Source: Dimorphilus gyrociliatus
Lineage: Eukaryota > Animalia > Annelida
Assembly: GCA_904063045.1 (NCBI GenBank)
Contig: CAJFCJ010000010.1
Span: 1,116,001 to 1,180,000, forward strand
DNA length: 64,000 nucleotides
Direction of reading: 5' to 3'
In this document: positions 39,802 through 57,823 of the stretch, in pieces
Layout: every line of letters begins with the position of its first letter
Numbering within the stretch: the stretch's first letter is position 1
The notes under the pieces: generated by a model
Told to the model about the DNA's origin: nothing
Seen by the model: the letters and a program-made list of their open reading frames with translations, nothing else
Databases searched by the model: none
Translations under genes and position numbers: made by a program

Positions 39802-40028
39802 AAGAGAGAAAGAGAAAGAGAACAAATAAAGAAAAAAATTCAAATAGGTAAATATTGATAAATAAAAATTATTAGAAATTTGTTTACTCTAAATGAATTA
39901 TTTATTAAATATTGTTTGTACGGATTTACTCAGTTACACATTGCAGGAGATAGCCCTTAACGCGCTACGACAAAATTCGACAAAATAAAGTGTAAAGATA
40001 GGGACAGAAAAATAAATTTTATGAGAAA

Positions 40029-41392
40029 TTATTCTTCTTTTTCCCCAAATCTAAACGGTATATGGGCATTTCGGTCCTGTCTTTCAAATCCATCATCGGC
40101 TCTTTTTCCATATCTGAATATTCTTTTGAAAATTTCTTCGTCAAGACTGCTGTCCCTTTTTCCATAGCGCATAATTCCTCTACGTAATCGATCAAAATAT
40201 CCCGGCAATTGTTTTTCTTCTGTACCTATTGAAAGTCAAATAATTAATTAGACAAATTAATTAAAGTTCAAAATTATTAATAATTAAAATGTAATCAATC
40301 TATTTAGCCTTTATTTACACGTTTTTCCAAGTAAGCTTAATCTACGCAAAATGACCTCCGTAGACTTTTCTTTAATTAAATAATTTAACTTTTTAAATCA
40401 GAATATCTATGTTTTTTTTTCTTTTTTTAAACTGAAAACAACGAAGCCAAAAGTCTTTGACAGAGCTCTGGCATATGTCTTAATAACTTTTTTCATTAGA
40501 AATTATATTCATTTTCTCTTGGGGGCCAGTATATTGTATCACATAATTTCTTTGCCACAGTCGTATTACATTGCCTATGACGTATTAGATTATTAAATAT
40601 AATAGTCAATCTCTAAGGATCATTAAATGATAGTCATTCTTTCAAACTCTTAATAGGCAAGTCACAAAGTTTAAAGGTTGAAAAACATTTCATTAAATGC
40701 GACATTTTAAAGAAAAGAGAACATCTTGTTCGTTGACCAGTCATTACTCATTTTTTCTCCTACGTACAGCACATACTGAAAATATATTTCGAAAATCTAA
40801 CTCCATTAAAGAAGGTATTGAAACAATTTGCATATTATCTATTTATATAATTCAGTTTTCCAATTGAGAAGAAACGCTCCAAATTGTCCTATTACGTATA
40901 AATTTATGGATAATAATTCTGTTAAAAATTATGCAGAAATCTAGATAATTTAAGGCAGGAAATGTACACTTTATCTCTAGTTTCATTTATGAATGAAAAC
41001 TGGAGAGGTAACAAAAGAGGGAGAAGATGGGGAAAAAAGTGCAAAAGATGAAATCTTTCGCACTATTTAAAGCTTCTATTATCGTCTTATACAAAGTATT
41101 TTTTAACAATTAACTCAAGAAACATTAATGATAAAAACTTGAAGAAAAAGTGCTTTTAGCTCCAGAAAACGGTTTATTTCATTGACCCTGTTCATCTCTT
41201 ATATAATGTATGTATTCTACTGCATAAAGCTATTTACCCTATATTTCTTAAGAAGATAATATCTTATTCCATCTTGGACAAATAAATCGAATAAAGTTTA
41301 CTTTTCAAATGAATTAATACTTTATGCACATATGCAAGCTTATCGATAAATTATTTCTATTTTACTGCCTTTATCAATTGACAATATCTAAG

Positions 41393-41456
<64 letters not shown>

Positions 41457-41667
41457 ATTGCGCAAAAAATTAGAAGCCGAACCCTTTTCAACAAAAATCA
41501 ATCTTACCACTTTATATTAAACATAATAGTGACGCTTTCTTTTCGACAAAGACATCAAACTGCGTATATTTATGTAAACATTATTGTTCCTGTATCTCTC
41601 TATAATGATTTATATGCATTCTACAATCTTAAAATAAGATCAACTGGATGATTTCTCTTTTGAATAG

Positions 41668-41710
<43 letters not shown>

Positions 41711-42297
41711 ACTGTATATCTTTTATTCTCTTCTATCATTTTCTATCAATATCTCCTTCACTCACTTTCTCCCTCTGTCTTTCTTTGTCGGTTTGTTTGT
41801 ATGTCTTTGTCTCTCTCTCTCTCGTTCTCTCTTTCTGTTTATATATATATTTCTCACACACTCCCCTGACAAAAAAATATTAGAAAATTCTTATAATTTC
41901 TTAAATTATATCTTATCGTATTCTAAATTGCACAATTTTCTGACAAACTTAACATTCCATACCTTAAGCACCTAGAATAAAAACTCGAAATTTTTTAAGA
42001 TCTAAAAAAGAAAATTATGACGCCATGAAGAAGAAAGGGAAAATAAAATGTGTTGTTTCTAATTTTCTTTTTTTGCAATAAAACTCTACTAAATTGGATG
42101 GCTGCCTTCTAGTTTCAGATTTCGTTTGAAATGCTGCCAAATTATTAGAAAAAATACTAGTGAAAAATAAGGCGATTAGAAACTTTCTAATTCCCCCAAT
42201 TAGTTTTAACCATGACCAAAATATACAAACCGGAAATGGGAGCGGTTAAAGCTGCCAAGAACAAGCAGGCGATTAAAACAGCTTTGAGGGTGTTCAT
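40029..42297 (-). CDS. RYamide/LFRYamide-type neuropeptide precursor, 2 coding exons, 87 aa (absent from the ORF track)
   Basis: Coding exons 42297-42231 (MNTLKAVLIACLFLAALTAPIS, signal peptide; donor GTTTGT) and 40225-40029 (acceptor TTTCAATAG); the phase-1 junction gives Gly. Remainder: TEEKQLPGYFDRLRR-GIMRYG-KR-DSSLDEEIF-KR-IFRYG-KR-ADDGFERQDR-NAHIPFRFG-EKEE*. Confidence 0.88.
41396..41455. repeat. Compound (AT)n(GA)n microsatellite in the RYamide precursor intron
   Basis: (AT) run to 41426, then (GA) run to 41455. Confidence 0.95.
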
Positions 42298-42766
42298 CCT
42301 CTGAAATAAAGATCAGGAAACGTATAAAAAAAATTATATATATACTGTATACTATATATATATAAATAAATATATATATATGAATTCTTTATTTTCTCGA
42401 TGTTTCTAAAGTTTTCCTTCTCTTTATCTCTCTTCCGTTGAGCTTAATAAATTACAAAGTTTAGATACGATAATGAGTCGGCTGTATTAACGGTTTTGTT
42501 TATTGGAGAGCGATTAATCGTCTCTTTTCGACTGATAAGAAGCAGCTGAATCTATACGAAAGCGTCTCTTTCAAAGTTGTTTTTTTTTCCTCTCATTTCT
42601 CCATTTATTTATCAATTTAAGAAGGAAAATGTTAAAAATATCGGGAAGACGTCTTTTAGATTGAAAAAATTTATCAACCGCAATTTGAGTGTGATAAATA
42701 CAGTAATTAATTTAATTTAACGAAAGCAAATCAAATTTAATATAAAATCTAGATTTTTGCACTTAC

Positions 42767-42900
42767 CTTAAAATATGTAGGTATGTAGGAGATGGAAAAA
42801 GAAATATAAGTTTTCTTTAGCACGACGTCTACTCGCGTCTGAAATGACGGCAGAAAGGCAGAACAGTATGTCGCCTACACGGTCACGTGATTACAGCTCG
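42767..42900 (-). promoter_or_regulatory. Probable non-coding first exon and promoter of the RYamide precursor
   Basis: Minus-strand donor AG|GTAAGT begins at 42766. An acceptor TTTATTTCAG lies immediately before 42300, 3 nt upstream of the ATG. A GC-richer block holds the palindromic E-box TCACGTGA (42883-42890) and a GACGTC. Confidence 0.5.
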
Positions 42901-45900
42901 AGGGCAAATTTATTCGGATGATAAAACTATTAACTTCTTACTTTTCAATTCTAAAGATATTAAAATTATTTTACGAAGAAAGAGTGAATTTTTTTCTTAA
43001 ATTTAATGGCCACACTAAAAATACTTTATATATATATATATAGATATATGTATAATATATACACTATAAATGTATGTTTCTAGATCAACTGAAGCTATCC
43101 GATGTCCGAAAAAGACTTTAATTTTTTCATAAACCTTTTATTCAAGCAAATTTTAATAAAAGAATAGAAAAAAAGATTCACGAATAATGCGTATTAACGA
43201 ATAAATCAAAAAACACAAAATCATTTTTTAAAGGACTAAACTATCACGTACTCTGTCTCACAATTCGTATCTTTTCTAATAAAATTACTAATAACAGAAA
43301 TTTGAAACGATAATGGTAAAAGAGTACGAACGTGTTACAAAACTTTTTCACGGAATGTAAAATATTTATTATCCTTTAAATATAAGGATAATGTAAATAT
43401 TTAATAAATATTATTGGTGTATTTAAAAATTTAACTTGATCTTTTCGTTTAACATATTAAATATTATATAAACTTAGGAAATTGATATCTATAGTTATGC
43501 TATTTGTATAAATATAGAAATTTACTCTTATTTTGAATATTTGTTGTTGACAACAAAATCAAAGAAAATAGTGTATACGATAAAAGAGCTATATGATCCA
43601 TGCTTTTTTTTTCCTTCATGATATAGCAAAACTTCAAGATCTATTCTATTAATAGAGCTCAGGAATAGATGATATTGCATATTCGTTTTTTATACAGTAT
43701 GCTAAAATGCAACGTTTAACAATTGGTTGCGAATTCCTTTCGAAGGAAGAAACAACTAAAAGAATGCAATACAGAATAGAATATATATGGACATATTCAT
43801 AGATAATCATTCATATATTGCTACAGAATGTTTTATAATTGTATAAAATTTTATATGAAGTCAAAAACTGTATTCTAACGGTTAGAGGTTAAAATAGAAC
43901 TTATCTCTTTTTATGCTTTTATACTTTACGTTCCACCCTAATTCAGTAGAAATTTCATTTTTCAAATTAACTTGTTAATTACTTTTTTCATAAATGATAA
44001 GAAAATAAATTATGCTATTCATTTTATATTTTTTTTCTTTAGGTCCAAATTAAAAATTCAGCTTTTTTTTTTTCTTTTTAGATATTTTGCTGAGGTTGTT
44101 ATATAAGAATTGACCAGATTTATTGATCAAAGAGAAAGTCGTATAAAACTGTTGTTGTATTCTGATTGGTTTCCTTTCTATTGAGAGTCAGTGAAATAGA
44201 GATTTATTTCTTTAAAAAGTTTTATTTGTTAATTAAGCATTGATATAGGATGTAGGAATATTTTTCCTCTCTTTTACTCACTCACTCACTCACTCTCCCA
44301 CTCTCCCACTCTCACTCTCTCTCTCTCTCTCTCTCTGTCTATCTCTCTCCCTCTCTCTCTCGCGCTCCCTTTCTCATTCTTTCTCTCTGTTTGCCATTAT
44401 CCAATATATCCTTGATTTAAATATGGTATGTGACATTTACGTATAACATCAATGTTCCCTTTTTTATGTACATTTAAAAGAAAAATCTTTTTAAAGCTAA
44501 TTTGAGAATTATGTCGCTTTAAAAGATAAAAGGAAGGAATTTTTCAATAATTTCTATTTGATATTAGATCAAAATTTAATGGCTTGGGTATAAATCGATC
44601 AGTCTAGATAGAATTGATTAATAAGATTACATTAATTATATTTAATATAATTAATAAATTAATTATGATTGTCTGAGTTTTAAAGAAAAGAAAAAAGAGA
44701 GAAAAAACTTCCTAATAGATTACATTTAGAAAGCTTCGTTGTAATAAAATAAAGCTGGGTCACGAAAACTGCAATTTTGAAAGGAAAAAGGAAGAGAGAA
44801 AAAAGTAGAAGGAATGAACAAAGGAAAGAAAAAGTATGACCAAGAATCAAATTACTTTTGTACAAAATGAAAAGAGCATGAAGAGGACCCGAAAGTAATT
44901 TTCGACCGTATTGAAATAGTCAGGTTAGGCGTTAGGTTGTAGTTTTTCAATGTTACTTAAATAATTCAGGAATATAGAAAGGACAAATTGAGAACATATA
45001 CATATATATATATATATATATATGATTTTATCATCAAAAGGAACAGGAAAAAGTAAAGGTAAATGAGAAGTTTTAGTTTCTCACGATGGCTTTATCAACC
45101 ATAGGTCATTTGTTTATTATGTTCTTCTCAAGGCTTGTCGGAGCTATGAGCTACGGTTGATGGGATTTATCGCATCGGTGACGTCGTTCCCTAAAGAAAT
45201 AGAGTAAATCATATTTCATAACACAAATAACCTTGAAACTAGAATTATAAAAAAAAAATTACAAAATAGAGCGTTCCCATTGCGAAGATGTCCGGCCTGT
45301 ACTGTATTTATAGCATTTCCAAGATGAAGAGGAGGAGTAGGAGGTGTAGGTTGATTTCATTCTATGTGTCCTCTTAATCTTAAGCATCTTTTTAATTGTT
45401 CCGCTCCCCAGCCTCTATTAGAAAAAACCAGCACTTGCCATGTGCAGTTCTATTTTTATACGTGTCGTATGTTTTTGGTCGCTTTCTCGTAAAATTCCCT
45501 AAATCACTTTCTCTCCTTTTATGTATTTGGTTATAAAAAAAGTTATTTCTCTTTTTTACCCTCTTTTACCTTCTTTCCCTACTCAAAAGCCTTCTAATAA
45601 AGCTGTAGTTGTGTCAAATGATTAAGAAGGAAAAGTAGGTTGAATCTATACATCAAGAAAGGTTCTATTATAAAATTATGATTAATTACAATTTGTAGTA
45701 ATAAAAGCTTACATGGCTGCATATCAAAGCGGAAAATGCTTTTAATAGCTATTTTAATAAATACTTTTTCCTCAAATATGACAAAAACAAGTAACAAGAA
45801 AAAGAAATCTTTTATTTTAGAATTAGAATTACGTTACAGACTGTTTATTCAATAATAATTAATTAATAATTATAAAAGCTTATTACAGTGAGATAACATC

Positions 45901-48900
45901 AATTAACCAAATAAACTTTTATCTTGTATAATATTGCAAACTAATCAAAGTGCTATGGGCAGAGAAGAATCGGCGAATGAAGTAAGTTGAAAATAGTCCA
46001 TGATACACCTTACTCTATACAGTTATTTCTTTTGAAAGGTATGATAAAACGAGAAAAGGAAATGAATCATTTAAACTAAACAGTATTTGAAATTTGTAAA
46101 AATCTTTTAAATTTAGAAAACCTTTTCCTATTAACAGTTTTATATAGGCTTAAAATAAACGGATTTATATATTTAATGGCTAACAGTAAAAAAAAAATCT
46201 ATCCTTTTTACACAAAATTCAAATGGAAAAATTCGGTAAACAACTAAAGAACCACTCTATCGGACATACGTAAAAAATCGAATTAGTTCGATTTTCCTGT
46301 CGTTAAGAATTAGCAAGTTTTTTTTGTCTTACTATTAAATATATTATGCTATTTTATTCTATGTTTATAACAAGTAAAAAGAGATATTTTCCTTTTAGAA
46401 AGAAAATCTATTCTAATTTATGAATTTCTCTCTCTTTTTTTGTTGATTTTTATCGGTCATTCACTTAATAACTTGGTTACTTTTTCCTCTTTTTTTCTTG
46501 ATCGATCAATAATTATCTATTTTTATATATATAAATACATATATGTCTATGTATTTTAGATCTGTGTATATATATACTTCAGATGGAGACAATATCTTTA
46601 TAGAATGTTTATAGATAAAAAGATTCTAGCACCTGTATCAAAGGACAATGCATACAAAATTTAAATTCAGGTTTTAAGTTATCTTGTAATAAAACAATCA
46701 TACTGATAACGCCTCTGTCGGTTCCTTATAACTTTGTCATGGAGGAAGATATAATATTTTTACAGATATCTCTTTATCCTAAAACAGCTGAACAAACTAA
46801 TGATATCGACAATCATCATAAGTAAGCTAATCGATTAGAAAATTTCTTTATTCTTCAACCAGCTTCCGGTTTAGGGAAGGAAATACGGCTGTCTATTTTT
46901 TAGTTATCCTCCTCTAATAATGTATTCTTTTTAATGTTTTTTTTGTCTAGTTTTTGTCCATCTTAAGTAAAAGAGACTTTACTGAATTTTCTACTTTGAT
47001 GTTAATTTTTTTCCACATATTAATTAGCCGATAGATGTCACTTTTACTTATTGTAAAAGTGTGCCATCTTTAAGAAGGACAGGAATAATAACAGCAAGTT
47101 ACGTAGCTTTAACAGCAGGAAACTCTTAAAAGATTTGAATTTATTGTGAAAAATGCTAAAATTAACTGATTAAATAGAAATTCTTTTGAAAAAGGTTTCT
47201 TTCAATTTGGGTGGAGACTATGGAGATAAGGGGGCGGGTTTTGAGCGCCCTACGTATTTTGTATTTCGTTTACATTCTACTCGCGTAAGGTTAGAGATAT
47301 CAGTAAATAGTTTGGTAAGTTAAGGGAGCAAATTAATTTTCTTACAGAACGGCTATCTAGCAAATCCATTGAAAAAGAAAAACTAGGACAAGAATAACTA
47401 CTAAAAAAAGACTCTAAATCCCAATTCGTAACCTTTTTGAACTGGAAAAAGAAATTAATAACGTATGAGAAAAATTCATGAAACTGGAAGAAATATTTAC
47501 TTTTAATGGGTCTAGTAGGATATAAATTAGAAAAATCTGCGTTTGTTTTCATCAAGTGGCAAGTAAAAAAAAAAAGGAGGGGGAGGGAGACAAAACAGAA
47601 ACCGATGAATAAATTATCCTTTTCAGTGAATCAGAGTGATCCTTATGGCGCAAAATTTCCCCTTGCTCACGGTCATTTCAAATCAATTTTGTTGAATGCC
47701 TCAAGATACACAGTATATATATGTATATAGATATATATATTTATAGTTGTTCAATCCTATTTAGTTTCATTTTTATTATTAATCCTTCGTCTTGAAAATC
47801 AATTAATTAATTATTAATTAACTTAACTTTTCTACGTAATTCAACTATGGTATAAAGTTATATAATTCAAGAACGAAAAGTCACTGACAATCAATTGAAC
47901 AATGACTCCCGGAGTACCAAATATCATTATTGATAATAAGCAATGACAAACGAGATTAGAAACTGCATCTCAGATGGCGCCACTGTTTACTCAACTAATC
48001 AAGCGCTTTTACAAACAACTCACTAGCCGCCAATCATTCGACGGCTTTATTAGCAAGTACATTTTTACGGAAATTGCCTTTGATTAGGCGAATTTATTGC
48101 GCGAGTAAATAATTTCGAATAATAATAATTTACGATGTATAGTCTGAGACATTCGCCTTAATTTACGGCAATTTTATTGTGAGTGTTTTATATATACTCT
48201 TGTCAATCTATGATTATTCCTCTTTACAAATAAAATATGTTAATTCTTATCATTTTAATGAATAATTAAATATTAAAATTAATCAGAAAGAGCAAAATCT
48301 TAAAAAGAATACAATTTTATTTCATTTTGTAACTTTTTTTATTTGTTTATGAAAAGTACAGATTTTTTTTTATTCATACCGCTTCTTATATAGATAGCGT
48401 TGCTAGGTAACGAAACATTTAAGTAATAAAAGAAAAGTAAAAAAGAAACTAAATCTGATAATAAAATAATAAATTAATAATATAAAAAATATATAATGAA
48501 ATTTTAAACCGTAGATGGCACCAGGAGTAAATAAAGAAAATATATTAAGCTTAAGAGATATATTTAATAGTAATAAAGTCTATGATAGAAACAAACAAAA
48601 GAAAATAGGAGAAATAGGAGAAAATCAAGAATAGAGAAGGAGCAATAATATTCAATGAAGAGAAGCAAATATATTATATAATAAAAGAGATTTTTTACGG
48701 GGGTAAAGATGATGAATTCTTATAGATTTCGTCTATAAGCGTCGAGTGATAAATATATGGAATTACACTCGACGATAATCGAACGAATTGATGTGGAAAA
48801 AAGCCGAATAAATTTCGTTTAATGTAAACACTGAGTTCGTGGTTTATCTGCGCATTATCAAATTAAGCGGCGAGCGTGATATTTCGCTATTTTGCTTATA

Positions 48901-50279
48901 TTTGTCAATTTCTTTACGACCCTGCAATTGCGAATAATATAAGCTATAAATTTTATTACGTTTTGCACGTGTTTAATTGCGATTTTATGATGAAAATGTA
49001 GCCGGAAGTTCGAATTTTCGCTCGCCTTTAAGTAATCCGATCACAAACAAATAAATTACTTTCAATCTATAGCCATTCGTTATCTGCCGATTTTTCTTAT
49101 CGATGAGAAGTGATATACTTATATACAGTATATACCACCCGCATTCTCCTTCCGATCTTATCAAATTATTCTAATGAAATAAGGATTGCACAAGCAATAA
49201 ACGATCCTAATCAATGGCAAAGCAACCGTAATTCAATAACAAAGACAATATAAGCGAAAACAATTAAGATGCCTCTATTTGTATAAGCTGTACATAAAAA
49301 GAGAAAAAGGTCGATGATACGAACCTTTGTTTGTAATTTTTTCAAATAAAATATTTTTTTCAATACTAGTTAATTCTTTCTATTTAATGTCAAACTGATA
49401 CAATAACCTTTGTTACGCAATATTTTTCCTAAATAACAACAATTCAGATTTTATATACATATAAGTTGATAACTATATGGCTTTTAAATAGTAATAATTC
49501 AACAATATTTCTAAATTAATTAATTAATTAATTAAAACGCAGTTATATAATAATTACAGTATATTTATATAAAAAGAATTTAAATTAATTCTAAAAGGGA
49601 CAAATATCCTATTTAAGTTATAATAATAAACCAGTTTCTGTAATAATTTTCATACCAGTTAGATAAATTTGTAAGAGAGGCCTAGTATTCCCTTATTGGT
49701 AGATTTATTGCCCTAATTCGTAGCGCATTTGTAAGAAAGTATCAATCTATAGAATATATTTCCGTGTCTGTTTCATCTTAAATAGACTCCAATAATTACT
49801 TGATATATTCATAGATATATATATATACTTTTTAATTTTAGTAATAACTTTTATGTCTTTAAAGATATATAGGGATAAAATTTATCTTTTGGAAAACCTA
49901 TTTGGCAATATATTTTATGTATATATAGTACTCTCTACTATTTGCTATTGCCCGCTCTGCGGTTGCGGTCTGTTCAAACACATTCATTTATTTGCATGTA
50001 CAAACTGCTTGTACAAGTTCTTAATGTGCTAATTCGTAAATTTGAATATAATTTACATAATTTCTAGGCTCAAATTTCATTAAATGCTTGTAAAAATTTA
50101 TAAACATGATTAGATTAGGACAATGATCGTGGAATAAATTATTGGAAATACTAGAAGATTTTTTAATGTTTTAATAAATAGAAATAAATCTAATAAAGTC
50201 CTTTAATATTTTCCAATAGTCCCCGACAGCCGGAAAATAACTATGAATATTTTTGGTCGCAAAAAAACTACAACGAATA

Positions 50280-50551
50280 TCGTTACAGGAAATAGACGCA
50301 AAACGAGACTAACACAGCAGCCTAATCAAGCATTAGACGGCGCCAAGTGACGCTGTGAATACCAGCGAACCGGAAAAGGAAATAAGACGTCGATTGGATC
50401 AATAAGCGAAGACGTGCTTTGAGATAATTTGGCGAACAATGAGCACTTAGGCGCTTAGGCGCAAGAGTGTTAATGCTTGATAATTATTCAGTCAGATCGT
50501 GATTGGCCGAAATCCAACCAATCAGCGGTCGTCACCGTTTTTCATTCGTAA
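50280..50551 (+). promoter_or_regulatory. Mnx proximal promoter
   Basis: CpG-rich block just upstream of the ATG with three CCAAT/ATTGG boxes (50393, 50502, 50518), a tandem CTTAGGCG repeat and several homeodomain-type TAAT cores. Confidence 0.55.
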
Positions 50552-54883
<4,332 letters not shown>

Positions 54884-57786
54884 AGTGGTGCTTTCTAAAA
54901 TTGTTTTAAAGACAAACTTTCGAGATCTGCTGATTATCTTTGTAAATAAGTTCTTTCTAATTATATTAAGTACATGTACATGTTATTCTTTTACTTAGAT
55001 TCTTTGTCCATCTAGTCAAGATTTTATGTACATAATTGAGTGATTGATAACCTAAAGCGCCATCTCGTTTGCATTCTATCATACACGCACATATATACAC
55101 TAGATGGCATTCTCGTCTATTCATCTAAATAACTTTGTGTTCGTAAGCGGAAAAAAGTTCATTACATGAAATTAAAGTTAAAGATATGGATTACGTGTAT
55201 GTAAATAGATAACCTTGAAATAAATTGATATAAATATTCATATGTACGGAGTATATAAAAGTATACAGAGTGTCGGTTTATTCTCCAATTTTTTTAATAA
55301 ATTATATTCTTTCTCTAAAGACCAGAACACTCTAAAGGAGATCTAACTATTTACTTAATTAATAAGAGGTGATTTATACCCTAATTCCATATTAGGAGTA
55401 TAAAGAAACAAATTATATTAAATAATCCATTCTTTTACTACGCTTATTCGATATCGTATAATTACTCATTATTTTCCTCTTTCTTTCTCTTCGATTTATT
55501 ATTCCTATATTCATAATGAACTTCCCACACTCTTTATTTACAGAATTCCTTTTTAATCATATGATTTGCAGTATTACAAACAATTGAAAAGATTGAAAAA
55601 TCTGACAATTAATTATGATTTTAAGAAGAGAAATAATACTATTTTTAGAATATTTGTTTTTATTCTTTTCTTATCTTTCCATTTTATTTTATACATTCAT
55701 AGGGCTCTGCTTCATTTAACAGTCATTTCTGTTTGCTTCTTTCTTTAGAGCAGAGTGACAGCTTCTAAGCCTTTTCTTTTAATAGGAGATAATTTTCCCA
55801 AGAATCTTTAGATGATGCTTTGAATAAATTTACACATCCTTTCCTTCACTATACGCCATTTTGTTTTCTCTTTCGTCTTTTCTCTTCTAGACTAAACTAT
55901 AAACCAAACTATAAAATTGTGGAATATTTTTAATTGAATTACTATAATATCGTTTATTAATTAATTTCACAATATTTATTTATTAATCAAGTATTATTTG
56001 AATATTATTCATTTTTCCTTTCACATATAAGCCTTTTATCAATAATTTAACGTGCTATAAAACTGTAATCGTATATTTTTTACTTCTTTATTCTATAATT
56101 ACCTTGCGAAACAAGTAGTAAGATAGAATATTTTTGACAACGATTTAACACTTTGCAAGTGATCTTTCGATAATTCTATTTCCTTTTACTTTTCAGTATT
56201 TAAGCTATTCTACTTGGAAATAAATCCGGAAGTGATATATTGATGAAGGATTATACATTGAAAATTATATTCATATGTAAATTGCTTTTAATAAGTTAAG
56301 AGAATTTTATTAATTTAGAATAATAGGAATTGCATATATTTTTTATGTCTTTGAAAAATTTGGCTCATTGAAAGTTCTTTGTTTGAAAGAACTCACTTTT
56401 GGTTGTACTTCTACCTTCTAAAATCTCCGTTTTTCTTTTGTTTCTTAATTTTGGATTTAGAGCTAAACTGGTCGATAGATGTCGTTAAATCAAACGTAGA
56501 CACAAAGAAGCTTCTACAGAAATGACATCTGTCGTGTTGCGAGCTAACTAGATTATTAACTGTATCTTCTCTCAAAGAAAATTTAAAGTTACTTTGAAAC
56601 TATAAATAAATTACTACGTCTACTTAAAAAACAAATGATAAAACGCTTAATCAATTACTTTTGAAAAGAAAATTGGTTTACTATCAGAAATTTATGAGAA
56701 AAAAAGATTTCTTTAAAACATAAACAATACATTGAAACTATTTCTTCTCATTTCCAACATCAATGAAAATTGATTATAGTTTCGCTATAAAAACAATTCC
56801 TCATTATATTTTATAAGGACGAACTGCTAGTTTGCAGTTTTTACAGTTAATGCAAACAACGATTGATCACTTCTGTCGAGAAATCATTTCAAGGACGATT
56901 TACAATTTCGATAATACGAAGACAATGCGGAATGGGATTTTGTTTATTAATTCAAGTAAACAATGAATATAAAAAATGTATAGAATAAAAAGAAAATGTT
57001 TAAATATTTCATTGAACAAACGAAACTTAATCATGAGATTCCTTTTACTAAAATTTTGTTAATATATAATCGTTACTTTATAAGTTCATAAGTGGTTTGG
57101 AAAGAAAAATGCAAAATATCGTATATAAACATGGAGGATCTATGTGTCTATTTACAGGAGAGAATTTTGTAATCATAGCTCAATTGTTTACATCGATTTC
57201 CCTTAGACTAATATAATTAACTTTTTTCAAAATAAAAGGTCAATTTAGTGAATTTATGCGAGATGAAAGAGCTGGAATGTAAATTTACATTACAGTACAT
57301 ATATATCTATATGTAATTGTACAAAGCTTTGATAATCCTTGTTCATTAAACATATTTTCAAAGAAAGAGTCAATAAACATTGAGGAAGAGTTAAGTTTAA
57401 GCTTATTAATTAGAGACTTATCAATAGCTATACATTCTTACATTATAGATACAAATTGAGGAAAGATAAAATAATAATAGAAATAAAGAAAATCAAGTCT
57501 TTTTCTTATTTTCTCCCCTTTTCTTTCTTCACAAATGGTTGAATATAAACTTACATGATAAAATTTAACGGTCCGTTAGAACTCTGTGACTTTTCTTCAA
57601 TTATTAAATCAATTGACAAATGCGTCACAGCACGAAATCATTTATCTTTTTTTTCAGTCTTTTCGTGCTTAATGGCTGTTTTGATCTATGTTAAAATTAT
57701 ATTATTTTCTCTATTATATAGAAATTATTATATCGAAATATGTATTTTATTATAAAGTTATGTAAATAATAGTTAGTAAAGTGTGT

Positions 57787-57823
<37 letters not shown>

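Noticed and set aside
46580-46830. Protein-like fragments (DGDNIFIECFIDKKILAPVSKDNAYKI*)
   Set aside because: Short, stop-terminated, with no start or linked exons identified.
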